From positions 1,798,001 through 1,862,000 of the forward strand of contig JAUFOQ010000001.1 of NCBI GenBank assembly GCA_040285855.1: 64,000 nt of DNA, written 5' to 3'. This stretch comes from Eukaryota sp. GEM-RC1. Lineage: Eukaryota. The position numbers and the translations under genes are program-made. The notes beneath the pieces were generated by a model, which searched no databases, was not told the origin of the DNA, and saw nothing but the letters and a program-made list of their open reading frames with translations. Position 1 is the first letter of the stretch. Every line of letters starts with the position of its first letter. This document shows, piece after piece, positions 11,902 to 23,512 of the stretch.

Positions 11902-12372
11902 TTATTGATTAAGTTTTATTTTCAATTCATTACGTTTTTCTATTAAATTACTCTTTTCCTTTTCCAATGATAAAAGCATTCGTCTTGATTGGTTAAATAA
12001 TTCTCGTTGGAAATTAATATCTTCATACCATTCAATTTCTTTTAATGGATTTTCATTTTCAACATAAGTACCACTGGATGTTTTGGGTATTTTCACTTTA
12101 GTTAATTTATTGAAAGAGAAATGAGCTGCTTCAGTTCCAGGAGGTAAGATTAATTCTTCCAATTGATTAAAACAACAATCTATATATTTCAATGATTCAG
12201 GAACAATTAATATTTTCAATCCACAAGAAGGACACTCTAAATGCGTAATGGTGGTATCAGATAAATCTAATATCGTCATTTGACTCTCAACAATTTTCAA
12301 TGTTGTTTCATTCAAATCATAGACAAAATCACCATTAGTCAAAATGGTCCCACAAGAAATATTAGTAATCAT
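11902..12372 (-). CDS. Short LRR-like protein, with a truncated paralog at 10428..10643
   Basis: ILDLSDTTITHLEC and LKYIDCCFNQLEEL repeats. Confidence 0.65.
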   Translation of the reverse strand: MITNISCGTILTNGDFVYDLNETTLKIVESQMTILDLSDTTITHLECPSCGLKILIVPESLKYIDCCFNQLEELILPPGTEAAHFSFNKLTKVKIPKTSSGTYVENENPLKEIEWYEDINFQRELFNQSRRMLLSLEKEKSNLIEKRNELKIKLNQ

Positions 12373-12404
12373 TATACAAAAATAAATATTTTTTTATATA
12401 ACTA

Positions 12405-13401
12405 TTATTTCCAATATTTTTTAAACTTTCTAATAAGTGATTTTTCATAATCTTTTCCCAATAATCTATTAATTGCAAACACATGAGTTTTCTTATCAAA
12501 TTCATCCTTAGCTTTTAAAGAATATTCCTTAATAGGCAAATCACGATTTTCTTCATAGAATAATTCTATTTTATTGATCACATCAACATATTTAGGAACA
12601 ACGATTTCTTCAAAACTTTTAATCAATGCTTCAGAATTATTGTTTCGATAATAATCTAATTTGTTTTCCAAGAATAAATCCATAACATCCTCTTTAGACA
12701 AACGATCAGTCATTTTATGTAATGCTCGATATTCATTTGTTTTTACTTTGAAATGAGATTCACCATTTTTAATAACAAATCCTTCAATTCCTTTCATTTC
12801 ATCGACTTTTGGAATGAATGATTCATCAATAATAAATCCTTCTACAATGTAATCTGATAATTTGGGGAAATCCTGAAGCATTAAATTTCGATCAATGTAC
12901 TCACCACTTTCATGATATCTTGCTGATAAAATGACGAGTTTAGTATCATTATAATCCAACACAATCTTGTTTTGAGGTGAAGTGTATTCCATGTCAATTG
13001 TACAATTATATTTTTCAATCATTGCAAGTAACAAATCGTTTAATTCAGGAGTTAATACTTTTCTGGCATCATTGACCAAAGGAGAAATAATTGCATTTTT
13101 AGATTTTAATCCCAATTTTCCATTATGGATATAGGTTGACATCAAGGAGCCATCTCTTTTTCTGTTGCAAACATTTCATCATTAAATGTTGGTGTATCAA
13201 TTTCACCCAAGTTGAAAAACTTTTGCATTGGTAGTGATACCAATTTAGGTTCATTGCATTAGGTAATTGATAATTTTTTAGAGAATAAATTCTATTATTA
13301 AATATCCGATACGTTACTCCATCCAACTCTACATCATTTTTCATGAAATATTCAGTGTCAACCAAGGCTAACAAATCAGTATAAAGATTATCCATTATCA
13401 T
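12405..13401 (-). CDS. T4 Rnl1-type RNA ligase, frameshifted
   Basis: VSLPMQKFFNLGE (compare T4 Rnl1 RPMEKFFNLNE), motif I (E)KRDGSLMSTY, EYTSPQNKIV, EGFVI, FKVKTNEY. Confidence 0.88.
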
Positions 13402-13473
13402 TTAAAAATAATAATTTTTGAGCAAATTAAATTATATGCTTTGAATACAAATATTTCATTTTTCCATTGAAAA

Positions 13474-13952
13474 ATGTTTATATGGTTTAAGGATAAAAAA
13501 AGATTACCGTATGTGAAGCGGTTGCTGATTTTTTTTAACATGACCAAGGAAAACATTTATCCCGTATACACAAGGAGCGCTAGTCCAAATACTTTGATTC
13601 GTAGAGTATATGAAAAATATCCAGATTATGAAAGTATCTTGCCATATAGTTCAATCTTGCATCCTTATTTATTTTTAAGTAGCATGGGACCAAAAAGTGT
13701 ATAATCCAACGACAAGAAGATGATGGTGACATAATCTTTAATGTTGATATGGGTGCTATTTTTGGTATCCCCTATCATAGTGTATTGATAATTAAAAAAT
13801 ATCTAGGAATGACTCCTTCTGATTGTACCATTGAAAAGTTTATTAAATTTGCAAATGCTATTTATGATTATTACCCAAATCGAGAAATTCCTTATAATGA
13901 AGATTTGATAAAAAATGTGCAAATGAATATACATATGGTGACGTTAAAATAG
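13474..13952 (+). CDS. Hypothetical protein, probably one frameshifted gene
   Basis: Two consecutive same-strand ORFs in an otherwise intergenic gap. Confidence 0.4.
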
Positions 13953-14046
13953 TTCGTGATAAATATAAATTTAATAAAATGAAAAAATAAAATTTTTTAT
14001 TGATTTTTGATTTGATATATAAAATTTCCATAATACATATTATCAT

Positions 14047-15183
14047 TTAATCTAGTATTAAATCTATTAATATGTGTATCTATTTTTATAAGATAATATG
14101 TCATGAATTCTTCATCATTGAGTAACCTCTCTGAGCATCTATCAATATTATTAGGATTTAGCATTAATGCTTCACTTGCAAATATTGTATCATCACGTAA
14201 TCGAAAAGAACATGCTCTAAAACTATTACTACAATGTTCAATTGCTTTTTAGCAATTTCATAATCATCCCTAATAGTCTCACATAACCTTGAGAAAACAC
14301 TAGGATCTTCATAAAAATACATTTTAGCAATATCGAGATCGTTGTGGAGTAAATTACGACCACAATAATGTAACATATTTTTATCTTTAGATATCGCTTT
14401 CATTGCAATATCTTTATCATATTGAAGTTCATAAAATAATTTTTGAATAATGTTACATCTTTCTCAATTACTAATAATGCAATTTCTTTATTTTTAATAA
14501 TTCATATGTTAAATAACAATATGTATGTGGATTAATTTCAATAAGTTCTTTTACAAAATCAATATCATTTGCAAAGGAACCAGATAATCTAATTAATGCT
14601 GGATGTATTAAAATACATGATTTAACGAATTTACGATCATCCCTTAATGCATTTGAACAAAATTGGAAATTATTTACATCACGTTTAACTGCATTTTCAC
14701 AAAATCTTGGATCATTTCTCAATTCTTTTGAATAAATATTTAATATCGGATCAATTGAAAATACTCTTGATGCTATTGTAATGTCATTTTGTAAATTGCA
14801 ATATTCATAAATAACTTTACCCATGTGAGCTACGGATAAAATAAAATTCTTATCACTCAACAAATCAACCGAACAAAACATAATATTGATGGGGTTATAC
14901 AATACAGCAGTTCGAGCAACATCGACATCATTTCTCATTTCTTTCGAACAACATTGGAAATTACTAACATAATTGTTATGCTCTTGCAACTCTCTTACAT
15001 GTTCTTGGTAACCTTGGAAATTCTGACTATTAAGTTTAGGAATAACTCGTGGTTTTGCTACAATTTTTAATGCAATTGTTTTATTATTCCTTAATCTTTT
15101 GGCATTTTATCAAAGTTTATTTCTTTTTGTGTATCGATAATATATTCATATAAATCATTTAATTCGGCTCGTAATTCGTCCAT
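14047..15183 (-). CDS. DUF4116-like helical repeat protein, frameshifted
   Basis: ~25-aa repeats of the form (N)FQxCSxxLRxDxxFxxxAV. Confidence 0.75.
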
Positions 15184-15256
15184 ATTATGAAGAACAAAAA
15201 AAACATTTTTATTGTAATACTGGAATAAATTCTTTAAAATATTGGATCGAATATTC

Positions 15257-16042
15257 TCAAATCATTTTCACGATTGGATATTCATTATTTATAATCAGAA
15301 TATAATCCCAAAATGAAATTGCATGTTCAAACAAATGACCCAAACCTAATCCACCAGTTCCCATCATTGTATCAGTGTCATTTGCTTTGATTAATGTTGG
15401 TATTTTTGTTTCTTTATGTGTTTCATTTAATGTACCTATTGGCCATACTCCTTCAACATCTAATCGTCCCTTTAATATACCATAATAAGATCCTGTTGCA
15501 AAAGTGTTTGCAATTGATAAATAAGCATTGTCGTATTCCCTTTTAAGGTATTCACCCATCCAAATAGTTTTGCTTCCAGGTATATTATTAGTTCTCCCTA
15601 AATGAAAATTATGACCAATGAGTATAGCTTTATCAGTAAAATAACGTTGTAATACTAGAAACATTTTTTTATCTCGATCAAATTTATCATTTCGAATATC
15701 TCGTATATCTGGATGATCATCATAAACATCTATACCAATAATAGATGGTGGATTATTATGGTTTTTCATTTTGATTATTAAATCATGTAATTCTTTACTA
15801 TTATATGGAATGTATAATTTATTCATTTCCTTGATTAAATCAATTGATTCATCACCATGTATATAATCATTTATTTTTTTTACAACCTTATAGTTATCCT
15901 CAATAAATAAAATACGAAAATCTTTTTTAAATAATTTATCACAAACTCTAGCTCTAAAATTATTTATTCGTTGTTGCCCATGTGAACATTCACCAAGTCC
16001 TAACAATTTAACATGTTTGGTTAATTGAATAATCTGATTCAT
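15257..16042 (-). CDS. Erythromycin esterase (Ere)-like hydrolase
   Basis: LLGLGECSHG, FIED, IIGID, RDKKM, IGHNFHL and MGEYLK motifs typical of the family. Confidence 0.8.
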   Translation of the reverse strand: MNQIIQLTKHVKLLGLGECSHGQQRINNFRARVCDKLFKKDFRILFIEDNYKVVKKINDYIHGDESIDLIKEMNKLYIPYNSKELHDLIIKMKNHNNPPSIIGIDVYDDHPDIRDIRNDKFDRDKKMFLVLQRYFTDKAILIGHNFHLGRTNNIPGSKTIWMGEYLKREYDNAYLSIANTFATGSYYGILKGRLDVEGVWPIGTLNETHKETKIPTLIKANDTDTMMGTGGLGLGHLFEHAISFWDYILIINNEYPIVKMI

Positions 16043-16054
16043 TTCATGAAAAAA

Positions 16055-16087
16055 TTAACTTAATTATCTAATAGATAATTAAGTTAA
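16055..16087. terminator. Perfect 16-bp inverted repeat, candidate transcript 3'-end hairpin
   Basis: TTAACTTAATTATCTA-A-TAGATAATTAAGTTAA, downstream of the gene ending at 16114. Confidence 0.65.
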
Positions 16088-16113
16088 AATGTTGGAATGA
16101 ATAATAACACAGT

Positions 16114-16536
16114 TTATAGTAAAAATTCAGTAATGATTCTACGAGCAGTTGTATCAAAAACTCCAATGTTTCGTATACTAACAAATTTCATAACATCCCT
16201 CTCTTCATGATTTTTTTTGACCTTTGTAAGATATGGCATCTTGTTTGGATCAATACCATGATATACTTTAGTAGTATCAATATGTGATCCTTCTAGCATA
16301 TCTTTGTAGTGATTTACAGGAAAAGTAAAAGTACATTGTTCACGGAATTTAGTAATCATTGTTTTCCATGGAGTATGATTGGTAATTTTACCACCAGGCA
16401 GAGAATAACGAATACCGGAATGGTATGCAACAACAAAACTTCATTCTTCCTAATTGTCGATAACAACAAATAGGAATTATCCATCGTTAGGTTTATCAGC
16501 GTACGTTTAATAGTATCTTCGTCCATTAACTACCAT
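16114..16536 (-). CDS. Degenerate Nudix-like protein, frameshifted
   Basis: YSLPGGKITNHTPWKTMITKFREQC resembles a Nudix box that has lost the RE..EE.G residues. Confidence 0.5.
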
Positions 16537-16585
16537 AATAATCATTTTTTTCTATTTATTTAACAAAAATAAGAAGTTTATTTCA

Positions 16586-17035
16586 TTAAATTAAAATTAT
16601 CATGATCTCGATAAAGATCATGGTTGCATTAATATTCGGCTCACTCTTATTAATACAATTTTTAACATTTAAAAACATGAAGGGGATGTTATTGTAATTA
16701 AGATTAATCACATTTTCAAATGTTAGTTGAATAAAGTATTCAGCATCTTTAATACTAAAAGGAATAAAAGTACAATTACACATGTCGACGTTTGCATAAG
16801 AAAACATTAAAGTAGTTTCTGACGTACATTCATTTATGCGAATCTCATGTTGATCATTTCTTGAAATAGGATCAAATTGTCTAAAGATGCAATTATCAAA
16901 GTGTACAACTTGTACATCAAATTCTCCAACTACGTCTATTATACATTCAATAAATAATGCATATTCAGTTGGAGGAATAAACGTAATGGTTTCACGATAC
17001 CAAATGTAATCTTCATTATCTGAATAACCAACCAT
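16586..17035 (-). CDS. Hypothetical protein
   Basis: 149-aa ORF on the coding strand. Confidence 0.55.
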   Translation of the reverse strand: MVGYSDNEDYIWYRETITFIPPTEYALFIECIIDVVGEFDVQVVHFDNCIFRQFDPISRNDQHEIRINECTSETTLMFSYANVDMCNCTFIPFSIKDAEYFIQLTFENVINLNYNNIPFMFLNVKNCINKSEPNINATMIFIEIMIILI

Positions 17036-17331
17036 TTTTATTGTTAAATCATTTAATCATTTTAAGTTTATTTTTTTATAATAAGAAGTCAAATACCTAT
17101 GAAATTTAGAAACTCCTCTATTTTTTCTAGTAGCATAACCTCAGTAGTCTTTCCATCAATTGTTTTGATCTTTTTTTACTGTCATGTATTCCTTTGCGAA
17201 TTTAGTTAGAATTTCATCCTCTCTCATTATTATATGATAAAAAAGTCATCATGATTGATATAATCCTTATTTATAGGATAACCACTAACCATTTTTTTAT
17301 TAAAAAATAATCATTTTCTGAATATATGAAA

Positions 17332-20038
17332 TTAACGTATCGAATTTTTTAATAATCGATCTCTTATTGGACTTTTTTTGAAATTGGTAGCGTTAGGTTT
17401 TATAAATAATTTATATACTATACAAATAATCAGTAGCAAAACAAGTGCTAATAATAAATATATAAACCAACTTCTTTTTGTTGTACCACTTCCAACAATT
17501 TCTTTATCAAACATTTGGGTATTCAAAATAGTGTTACTTATTAAACTTGATGGATTTTTATCATTTGAATTTAATGGATACTTATTATATAAACTTGATG
17601 AATTTTTATTAATAGGTTTAGCATCAACATTTTGATAAGTTAAAGTGTGTGCAAGTTTTGTCAAAAATGTGCTGGACTATTTTCACCATATACTTCATTA
17701 AGACCATCATGTTTTTCAACTTTATTCAGGAATGAACTATATCCGCGTTTATACATTTTATCAGAAGAATTACTTAAAATTATTTTACTTCTCATTAAGT
17801 TTTTTATATAATAACTTAAACGATTATCTATATTGAACTCTTGTTCTTCGCTATTAAATAGTTCAATAAAATAGTTATAATATGACATAATATCATCATA
17901 GTTATATCCACTATCCATATATATTTGTAGGATTGATGGATATATGAATTTATAACGATCATAAATTTCCTGATATTTATTATTTAAATTTTTAGTAGTA
18001 TAATCAATTAGATCTAAAATGTTTCTACCTTTTGTATTATATCATAATATTTTTCATTATTATATAAATCTAAATATTCATCAAAATCGTTACCACCACA
18101 AAGTATTAAATATAAAAAGAGTTTTTCAATATTAAATAAATACTCAATATTTTTATTACAATTATCATGAATTTCACCCATCTCTTTTACATTTATTGTA
18201 GTGAATAATGAATCCTTCCAATCATTATATGAAAGTTGTAGTGGGGGTAGTATTTTTTTACTATAACCCCTACCAATGGTTTGTGTTGTTTCATTTATAA
18301 TTGGTATGGGAGCTGGTGCAGTTTGTTGTATTTTCAAATATCCAATATAATCAAAATCCCCTATTTTGGTTTTTTTTAACTGGATGGAAATTATTAGCTG
18401 TGTGTAATGAACGTTTAGTCATGTCGCCTTCAGTAATATATATATTTAGATTATCATATTCTTTTTGTAGATCGCAGGATGGTATAAAATCACAATCAAT
18501 TATTAATCGTTCAACAGCTAATCCAATACCCTCTTGAATATCAGTTCTTTCGTGATGTATAGCTGGTTCTAAAACGTATTTGTAAGATACTGAGTTTACT
18601 TTTAATCCACCTTTACGAGATAATAAAACTTCACGTTCCTTTTTAGGTTGATATGTATCTTCTAAAAAGAATAGACAATCTTGAGGTTTATTTAAATTTA
18701 TTGTATAAATACATCCTCTAAAATGACTTTCTGTATTATAAGGTTCCATTTTGATATTTGTATCTGAAAAGTTTGTAGATGTTGGTATAATATTTGGGAT
18801 TATCATACCCGGTCTTAATTTGGTTATACTCATATTCATTATATCATCAGAGAAACCCTCTATCTTATAATCCAAGTATTTTGTAAACCTAAATAATTTT
18901 ATTGGTTCAGTAAACCTTGCTTCTTTAAATTCTTCATTAAATGCTGAGAATACACGATCTAAATTAGTTTGAAGTTCTTTAAATTGCAAACCCACAGCAG
19001 GATCACCTCCAAGGAAACCCTGCATTGCAACATCATATGGTTCGTTTGAAAAATATGCTCTCAATAATGGAAAATTTGATGTTGAGGATTCAACATAGTC
19101 ACGAATGGTTTTCGTAAAAATGTCCGTATGTATAGAATTCTGTATAAAATTATCAAATGCAATATGCAACTCAAGTTCCGCATTATTTTTTTTGATTTTT
19201 ACCTTATTTAAATTAGATGTTGATTTAAAATTACTAATATCTTTATTTATTAGATTAAATACAATTTCATTAGGCTTTAAATCATTGATATTTGTATATA
19301 TTTTTCTGATAGATACATTACAATCATTCATTGTAATAGGCATTGCATATCTTTTCATATCAACCATCCAACTATTTGTACTATAACCAAACCCTATTAT
19401 ACGATTTAAAGTATTATATAATGATCGTCCAAAATTCTCATATTTATTAATGAGATGTGAAATATTATCTCTAAATATCATAATATCATCACCACAATAT
19501 ATATGTGGTGCTTCATAATTTAAATTAACTCGTTGTGCGGGAAATGGTTTAATTGTAAATATATTTTTTAAATAATGTGTAGTACCATTTACTTTTAATA
19601 TTAAATATAATGAATCTATATTTTTACTTCAAAACCAACCTTCATCTTCTTATAATCCTCATTAATGATATCATTAAAACAAGATGCAATCTCTGTATTT
19701 TTTTTTGCTAATATTTTTATTCCATTGGCTATACTCACTCTTGAATTAAGAAATAAATATTCAATCTCTTTTAGATAGTTTATTATGTAATCCATTATAT
19801 AACCTATATCTACACCACTTACTGGATTATTAAGAGGATAAATTATATTATTGGGGTGTTTTACTTTTGTATCTTTAGCCCTATAATAATTACAACCACC
19901 ATTCCCCCCAAGCAACAATTTAGTATGATGATAAGTCTCAATATTGTATTTCCTTATACATGAACCTACTAAAAATTCAATTAAAACATTTACTTCTGCC
20001 ATTTGTTCAACCAATAATTTGCAATCATGAGTGGTCAT
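17332..20038 (-). CDS. Large R-S-E class ADP-ribosyltransferase domain protein with C-terminal transmembrane helix; five contiguous ORFs, probably one frameshifted gene
   Basis: IKLFRF (R), PTSTNFS (S), KEREVLL (ExE) in 18351..19481; no promoter motif seen between fragments; TM WFIYLLLALVLLLIICIVY in the last fragment. Confidence 0.7.
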
Positions 20039-20096
20039 TTTATAATAAAAAATATTTTACTTTTTAATATATGATAAAAAAAAAAGATTATTTTTA

Positions 20097-20744
20097 TTAA
20101 ATCCATGATAAATAGAATTTCTAAAAAATTTCCTTGACTCACTAGATTTTGGTCCATATGGATCTCTATCCATTATCCAATTGAAAAAACTCTTCGTCAT
20201 TTCTTAATCTTTCAGAACAATACTCGAATATGTGACCAATCACATAAGACCAAATAGTAAATTAATGCTTGCTTTCTCTGAAGCTATCATTAATTCATCA
20301 GGGATTGAATTAAACTTGTACCATTCTTCTTTGATTAATTTATGATAATCCATTTCATGAAACAAATAAACGTTTTTATTAAATAAGATCAAATTCAATG
20401 CGACCAACTTTACATGCCCAATCAAAGAACACTGGATCTTCCAACACTCTCTCAGAACAATCACTAACAAAAGCACCTTGTTTCATTGCAAATCGACAAA
20501 ACTCTTCGTCGTCTCTCAAATTGTATTCACAAGAACTAAAGTTTTGCCAACATAGACTAACTGCCAATGTTGCAAGTTTTTTATCACCTCTAACTTTAGG
20601 GGGACACAATGAGAATAGCAAACTATTATAGTTTATTGCCCATGTATAGAATTCATCATCTCCGTCAACAAATTCGATAAACGTTAAATCACGTTGCACG
20701 GCTTGTTTGCAAAAATCGTTATATGAAGATAGATATTCTGTCAT
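20097..20744 (-). CDS. DUF4116-like repeat protein, frameshifted
   Basis: CEYNLRDDEEFC and CSERVLED repeats. Confidence 0.7.
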
Positions 20745-20767
20745 TATATAAAAAAATAATCATTTTT

Positions 20768-21214
20768 TTATCCATCAAAACAATTATTAGAATAATGATT
20801 ACCACCACATTTAAAACAAACAATTCTTTTCTTATGATAATTATACCTTCGATTATATTTACTATTTCGCAAACAATTATTTGCAAAATGATTCCCTCCA
20901 CATTTAAAACAGGTATTATTGGAAGAAGAAATCATTTTGTTAATTGTAGAAATATCCTCTTTACTCAATATCATTGACGAAAATGAGCCACCTCTAACAT
21001 TATGAATTCCATAAGTTTTCATGTATTGAATTACCTTTGTATCTTCGTCAAATTCATTCCTTGGAGGAAACTGTTCAATCAATCTAAGAGGAGGATATTT
21101 CTTTGTCCATTTACATCCATTTCGATTGAAATGTTGGGATAAACGTAATTTCAAATTTATAGTTTTACCAACATAAAATTTACCATTTTGTAATTGTAAC
21201 ACATAAATCATCAT
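20768..21214 (-). CDS. GIY-YIG endonuclease with two C-terminal CCHC zinc knuckles
   Basis: IYVL..FYVGKT..RLSQH..WTKKY..YGIHNVRGG; CFKCGGNHFANNC and CFKCGGNHYSNNC. Confidence 0.9.
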   Translation of the reverse strand: MMIYVLQLQNGKFYVGKTINLKLRLSQHFNRNGCKWTKKYPPLRLIEQFPPRNEFDEDTKVIQYMKTYGIHNVRGGSFSSMILSKEDISTINKMISSSNNTCFKCGGNHFANNCLRNSKYNRRYNYHKKRIVCFKCGGNHYSNNCFDG

Positions 21215-21303
21215 TACTATTAAAAAATAATCATTTTTATTCATTTACTTATAATTAAAAGATTTTTAATCTCTGAGATCTATAAATATATTTTCAAATT
21301 TAT

Positions 21304-21572
21304 TTGATGCATCGTCCATTCCAGGTTGGTTGATGAATCACAGATCATGCATTTTGACCTCTTCTCATCTCTTTCTCATAGTATAGTAGTACTCAGAGCC
21401 ATTAGAAACTTGAAGAACCCTTTCTGATCTCATTCATTTAACTACTTCACTTAATGATCCAACTGTAAGAAGAGACTCACTTCTGGGAACGTGTATCTGA
21501 TCGAGGAAACCATAGAAGATCAATGATTTCGACGAAGCGTTCCTCTGGTAACGATGGAAGTCCCCTCTTGAT
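21304..21572 (-). other. Foreign-looking 264-bp insert (~40% GC) flanked by a 5-bp direct repeat, open only if TGA is read as sense
   Basis: Hand count 109 G+C in 270 nt (21301-21570); TTGAT at 21304-21308 and 21568-21572; ~100-codon minus-strand frame with three TGA, no TAA/TAG and no TGG. Confidence 0.6.
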
Positions 21573-22696
21573 AATAATTTTGGGTTTTAAAAGAAGAATA
21601 ACTTTTATAAATAAAAATAATAATAATAATTAGAACAATTACTAATAATAAAATAAATAAATACTTTGTAGGCGATTTATCTTTATCGTTTTGTGAATCT
21701 CCTTCAATTACTAAATCGTCAATCAGAGGAAGTTCTTCAATATCGTTATCCAATTCCTCCTCCTCCTCATCATCCATATCGATATTACCAAAAGCAATAT
21801 CATATAACTCGTAAACTAAAAGATTTTCTTTACCCTCAGCAACCCTCAGTCCTCTTCCAATAATTTGTTCATATAACGTTTGTGAATAGGTTGTCCGATT
21901 AAATACAATCATGTCCACTCTCGGATTATCAAAACCCGTGGTTAATACACCAACATTACTAATAATCCGAGTCTCACCGGATTTAAATTTATCCAACATT
22001 TCTTTACGATTTTTAGTCTTGCCATCTAAATGTACAGCAGGAATTCCATTTTCAATTAATTTACGAACTGCTTCTTTTGAGTCCTTTATTGTTTTATTAA
22101 AAATTAATATAGTTTTACGATTACTCTCACTAATTATTTTAACTAAATTTTCATGAGAATCTTTTATTTTTTCATAGCTACACAAATAACCATTTTCAAT
22201 CATCCATTCTCTACTTAATTCATAAATAGTGTACGGAAATAAATCCTTCATTTCTTGATTATATGGAGTCGCAGTAAATCCAATAGTAATGGGGTTATTT
22301 AATTTATCTAATATTTTCTTTAATTGTTTATTTGCCTGATGTACTTCATCAATTATAAAATAATCTATATTACCATGTTTAAGAATTTCACCAACTCTAT
22401 TTTTTCTTGAATCTGATAATGATACTCTACCACCAATAATTATTCTTCGTCCATAATCTCCAATATCCGCTTTAACAATACCAACATCTAAACCTTTTAA
22501 TTTATCCATTGTTTGATTTAATAATTCATCAGAATAAACTGATATTAATACACGTTTATTTGAATCTAATTTTTAATCAATTCACTAAAGATTACTGTTT
22601 TCCCAGAACCTGTTGGTAAACTAATTATTCCAGATTCACCTGGTTTTAATTTTAATGACTTTTCTATTGCAGTTTTTGATAATCACGCAACTTCAT
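21520..22696 (-). CDS. Superfamily 2 (DEAD/H-box) helicase with C-terminal transmembrane helix, frameshifted at the 5' end
   Basis: MKLRDYQ Q-motif, LPTGSGKT, IIDEVH, GFTATP, LTTGFDNP, QIIGRGLR; TM YLFILLLVIVLIIIIIFIY. Confidence 0.9.
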
Positions 22697-22736
22697 TTTA
22701 GTTACAAGAAACAAAACTTTTAAAAAAAATAATAAT

Positions 22737-23512
22737 TTATAAAGTATCTACTCCATATTTCTCACACATTCTTTTATAGAATTTCTCATTGGGCTTTATG
22801 CAACAATATTTGTAATTAGCATAACATACACCAATTGCAAATTCACAAAAATCTTCAATGCTTCTTAATTCAAAACTACAATATTGAAAAGCTTTCCAGT
22901 TTATAAGAATTAATTGTTTACAAAAATCTTCATTATGACTTAGTTTACTCCAATATAAAATTCTTACATCATATTTGATATATTCTTCATCATTGATAAC
23001 GAAATCGGGAAAATCTTCTCCAATATCACATTTTGAATCTAATAATTTTCCACAAAGTTCTTTTGTTAATAATTCCTTTGGACAATATTCCATTAGTTCA
23101 GGTTCGTATACTATGCATCTTTTAAATTTTCAGGAGTAATTTGATGAATATATTTTTTAATCACTTCCTTCGGCAATAAATAAATATTTACACTTTTAAC
23201 AATATATTCATTCAATTCATCATTTAATTTAATCCATTTAATGCAATTCCAATCAATCGAGATACACTTTTCATAGAATTCATTATCAAATTCTACATCA
23301 CAAAATTCTAAATGTTGAGGATTATCAAAGAATATTTCTTCACAGAATTTCCTATCATTACGTAGTTTTTCGGGTAACTCTTTAAAGTTCTTTGCAAATA
23401 TTTCATTAAAACAACCATAACAATCAATTGCTTCTTTTAATTTGTAATATCCAAGAATTTCTTCACTTGTGAAATCTCTAATGATTTGAAATAATTCGTA
23501 ATAACCTCCCAT
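22737..23512 (-). CDS. DUF4116-like repeat protein, frameshifted
   Basis: LPEKLRNDRKFC and CSFELRSIEDFC repeats. Confidence 0.7.

Noticed and set aside
21304..21572. Spliceosomal or group I intron in the helicase
   Set aside because: No GT..AG ends at the repeat-defined boundaries, no terminal G and no recognisable P7 elements
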